This document shows positions 62,372 to 64,000 of a stretch of DNA of 64,000 nt, piece by piece (the first letter of the stretch is position 1; each line of letters opens with the position of its first letter). Made by a program: the position numbers and the translations under genes. The DNA is taken from contig NC_068981.1 in the NCBI RefSeq assembly GCF_001194135.2, positions 22,933,091-22,997,090 of the forward strand, written 5' to 3'. A model generated the notes under the pieces. That model worked only from the letters and a program-made list of their open reading frames with translations. It made no database searches and was not told the DNA's origin. The DNA comes from Octopus bimaculoides (taxonomy: Eukaryota).

Positions 62372-63943
62372 ACACCTGTTTCAAAAATAAAGACTCCTTT
62401 TGTGAACATAAATTTCTAATTAACTTTACATAGGTGATTATTAATTTCGTTTTTAATATTTTGTGATGAATTCAACGCAAAACTTAAAAGGAAAAATTAA
62501 GAGACATTAAGAGTTAATTAGAAATCTATACATACAAAACATTATTTTCCAAACAGGTGTCATTCTACTTGAAATGATTTTAATAGTTAACTTAGTTCAG
62601 GTGATATGAAAGAGAAAACGAAATAAACCTTGAATGAAAACATGGCTTTGCAAGTGTTTAGCTTATTCAATAAATGGATTATTGAAATCAATGTGTTTTT
62701 TATCACCTCAATAGTAAATAAATTTGTTCCAGCACACTTCAACATTCATTCACTTTACGAATATATTTTCAAGTGAAGGCGTGTGATTTAATCGTTAAGA
62801 TATTTGGCTTAAGATTGTAAGGTTGCAAGTTTGATTTCTGGCAGCATGTTGCGTCATTGAGCAAGATACTTCATTTCACAATGCCCCAATCCACTCAGGT
62901 CGTAAAAAAACGAGTTGTAACTATAATTCAAAGGGCCGGCCTTATCACATTCTGTGTCATGCTGAATCTCCCCGAGAACTACATTAAGGGTATACATGTC
63001 TGTGGAGCGTTCAGCCATTTGCACATTAATTTTATGAGCAGGTTGTTCCATTGATCAGATCGACAGGAACCCTTGTTGCTGCAATTGACAGAATGCCAAT
63101 TTGTTATTTTTTACATATATTTGCATACAAAATAGAAAAAAATTAGGTAGGGATCTACTATCATCACTATTATAATTATTACAGGTGTAAGGATTTTCGA
63201 GCGAGATCGTTGCCAGTGCTCCTGGACTGGCTCTTGTGCAGGTGGCACATAAAATACACCATTTTGAGCATGGCCGTTGCCAGTACCGCCTGACTGGCCT
63301 TCATGCGGGTGACACGTAAAAGCACCCAATACAATCTCTGAGTGGTTGGTGTAAGGAAGGGCATCCAGCTGTAGAAACTCTGCCAAATCAGATTGGAGCC
63401 TGGTGTAGCCATCTGGTAAATCAGATTGGAACCTGGTGTAGCCATCTGGTAAATCAGATTGGAGCCTGGTGTAGCCATCTGGTTTCACCAGTCCTCAGTC
63501 AAATCGTCCAACCCATGCTAGCATGGAAAGCGGACGTTAAACAATGATGATGATGATGATGACAGGTATCTTAATGGAACCCGGGATTTGGATTTAATTC
63601 CTAGAGTAATCAAATCACTTTAGTTATGTAAAGTATTAACATTACTGATTCCAAAGCTTTAGAAAAACTCTGGGAAAGGCAGGTGTCTTTCCCTTGTAAA
63701 TCAGAAGATTTGCATGTAAATTATTATTATTAAGACGGTGAGCTGGCAGAATTGTTAGTGCACTGGACAAAATGCTTAGTGGCATTTCATCAGGATCCTT
63801 GTGTTCTGAGTTCAAAACTCACCAAGGTCAACTTTATCTTCTATCCTTTGATGGTTGGTATAATAAGTACCAATTGAGCACCGTGGTCAGTGTAACTAAC
63901 TTGCCCTTTCTCTCAAAACTGCTGGCCTTGTGCCAAAATTAGA

Positions 63944-63975
<32 letters not shown>

Positions 63976-64000
63976 CATTATTATTAAAGGGTGATGGATG

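Noticed and set aside
63111-63488. ORFs with repeated DGYTRLQSDLP or MATPGSNLIYQ peptides
   Set aside because: Antisense translation of the 33-bp triplication inside a family C copy.

Overview
AT-rich, microsatellite- and SINE-dense eukaryotic DNA with several assembly N-gaps. It is most likely from an octopod cephalopod, inferred from the repeat families. It holds the 3' ends of two convergent intron-containing genes. On + are three coding exons of a GRIP1/2-like multi-PDZ scaffold (linker plus PDZ7, stop at 32529). On - are six coding exons of a ceramide kinase (CERK, stop at 45357). All splice sites and phases were checked by hand and join in frame. The rest is at least five SINE-like families, DNA-transposon MITEs with verifiable target-site duplications (hAT, Tc1/mariner, piggyBac-like), decayed LINE, Penelope and mariner remnants, and a tRNA-Ile-derived gene with a shifted anticodon. 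The most notable observations are: a type I hammerhead ribozyme motif beside a Penelope-like remnant; two different R4/Dong-type LINEs ending against the same SINE-tail/(TAA)n junction; a 100-bp loopless palindromic insertion with an NRF1-type core downstream of the GRIP stop; long fold-back repeats in introns; an unexplained candidate GRIP exon; and tandem double-hairpin modules in a headless retroelement. Nearly all ORFs in the supplied track are spurious. There is no CRISPR array or prokaryotic content.
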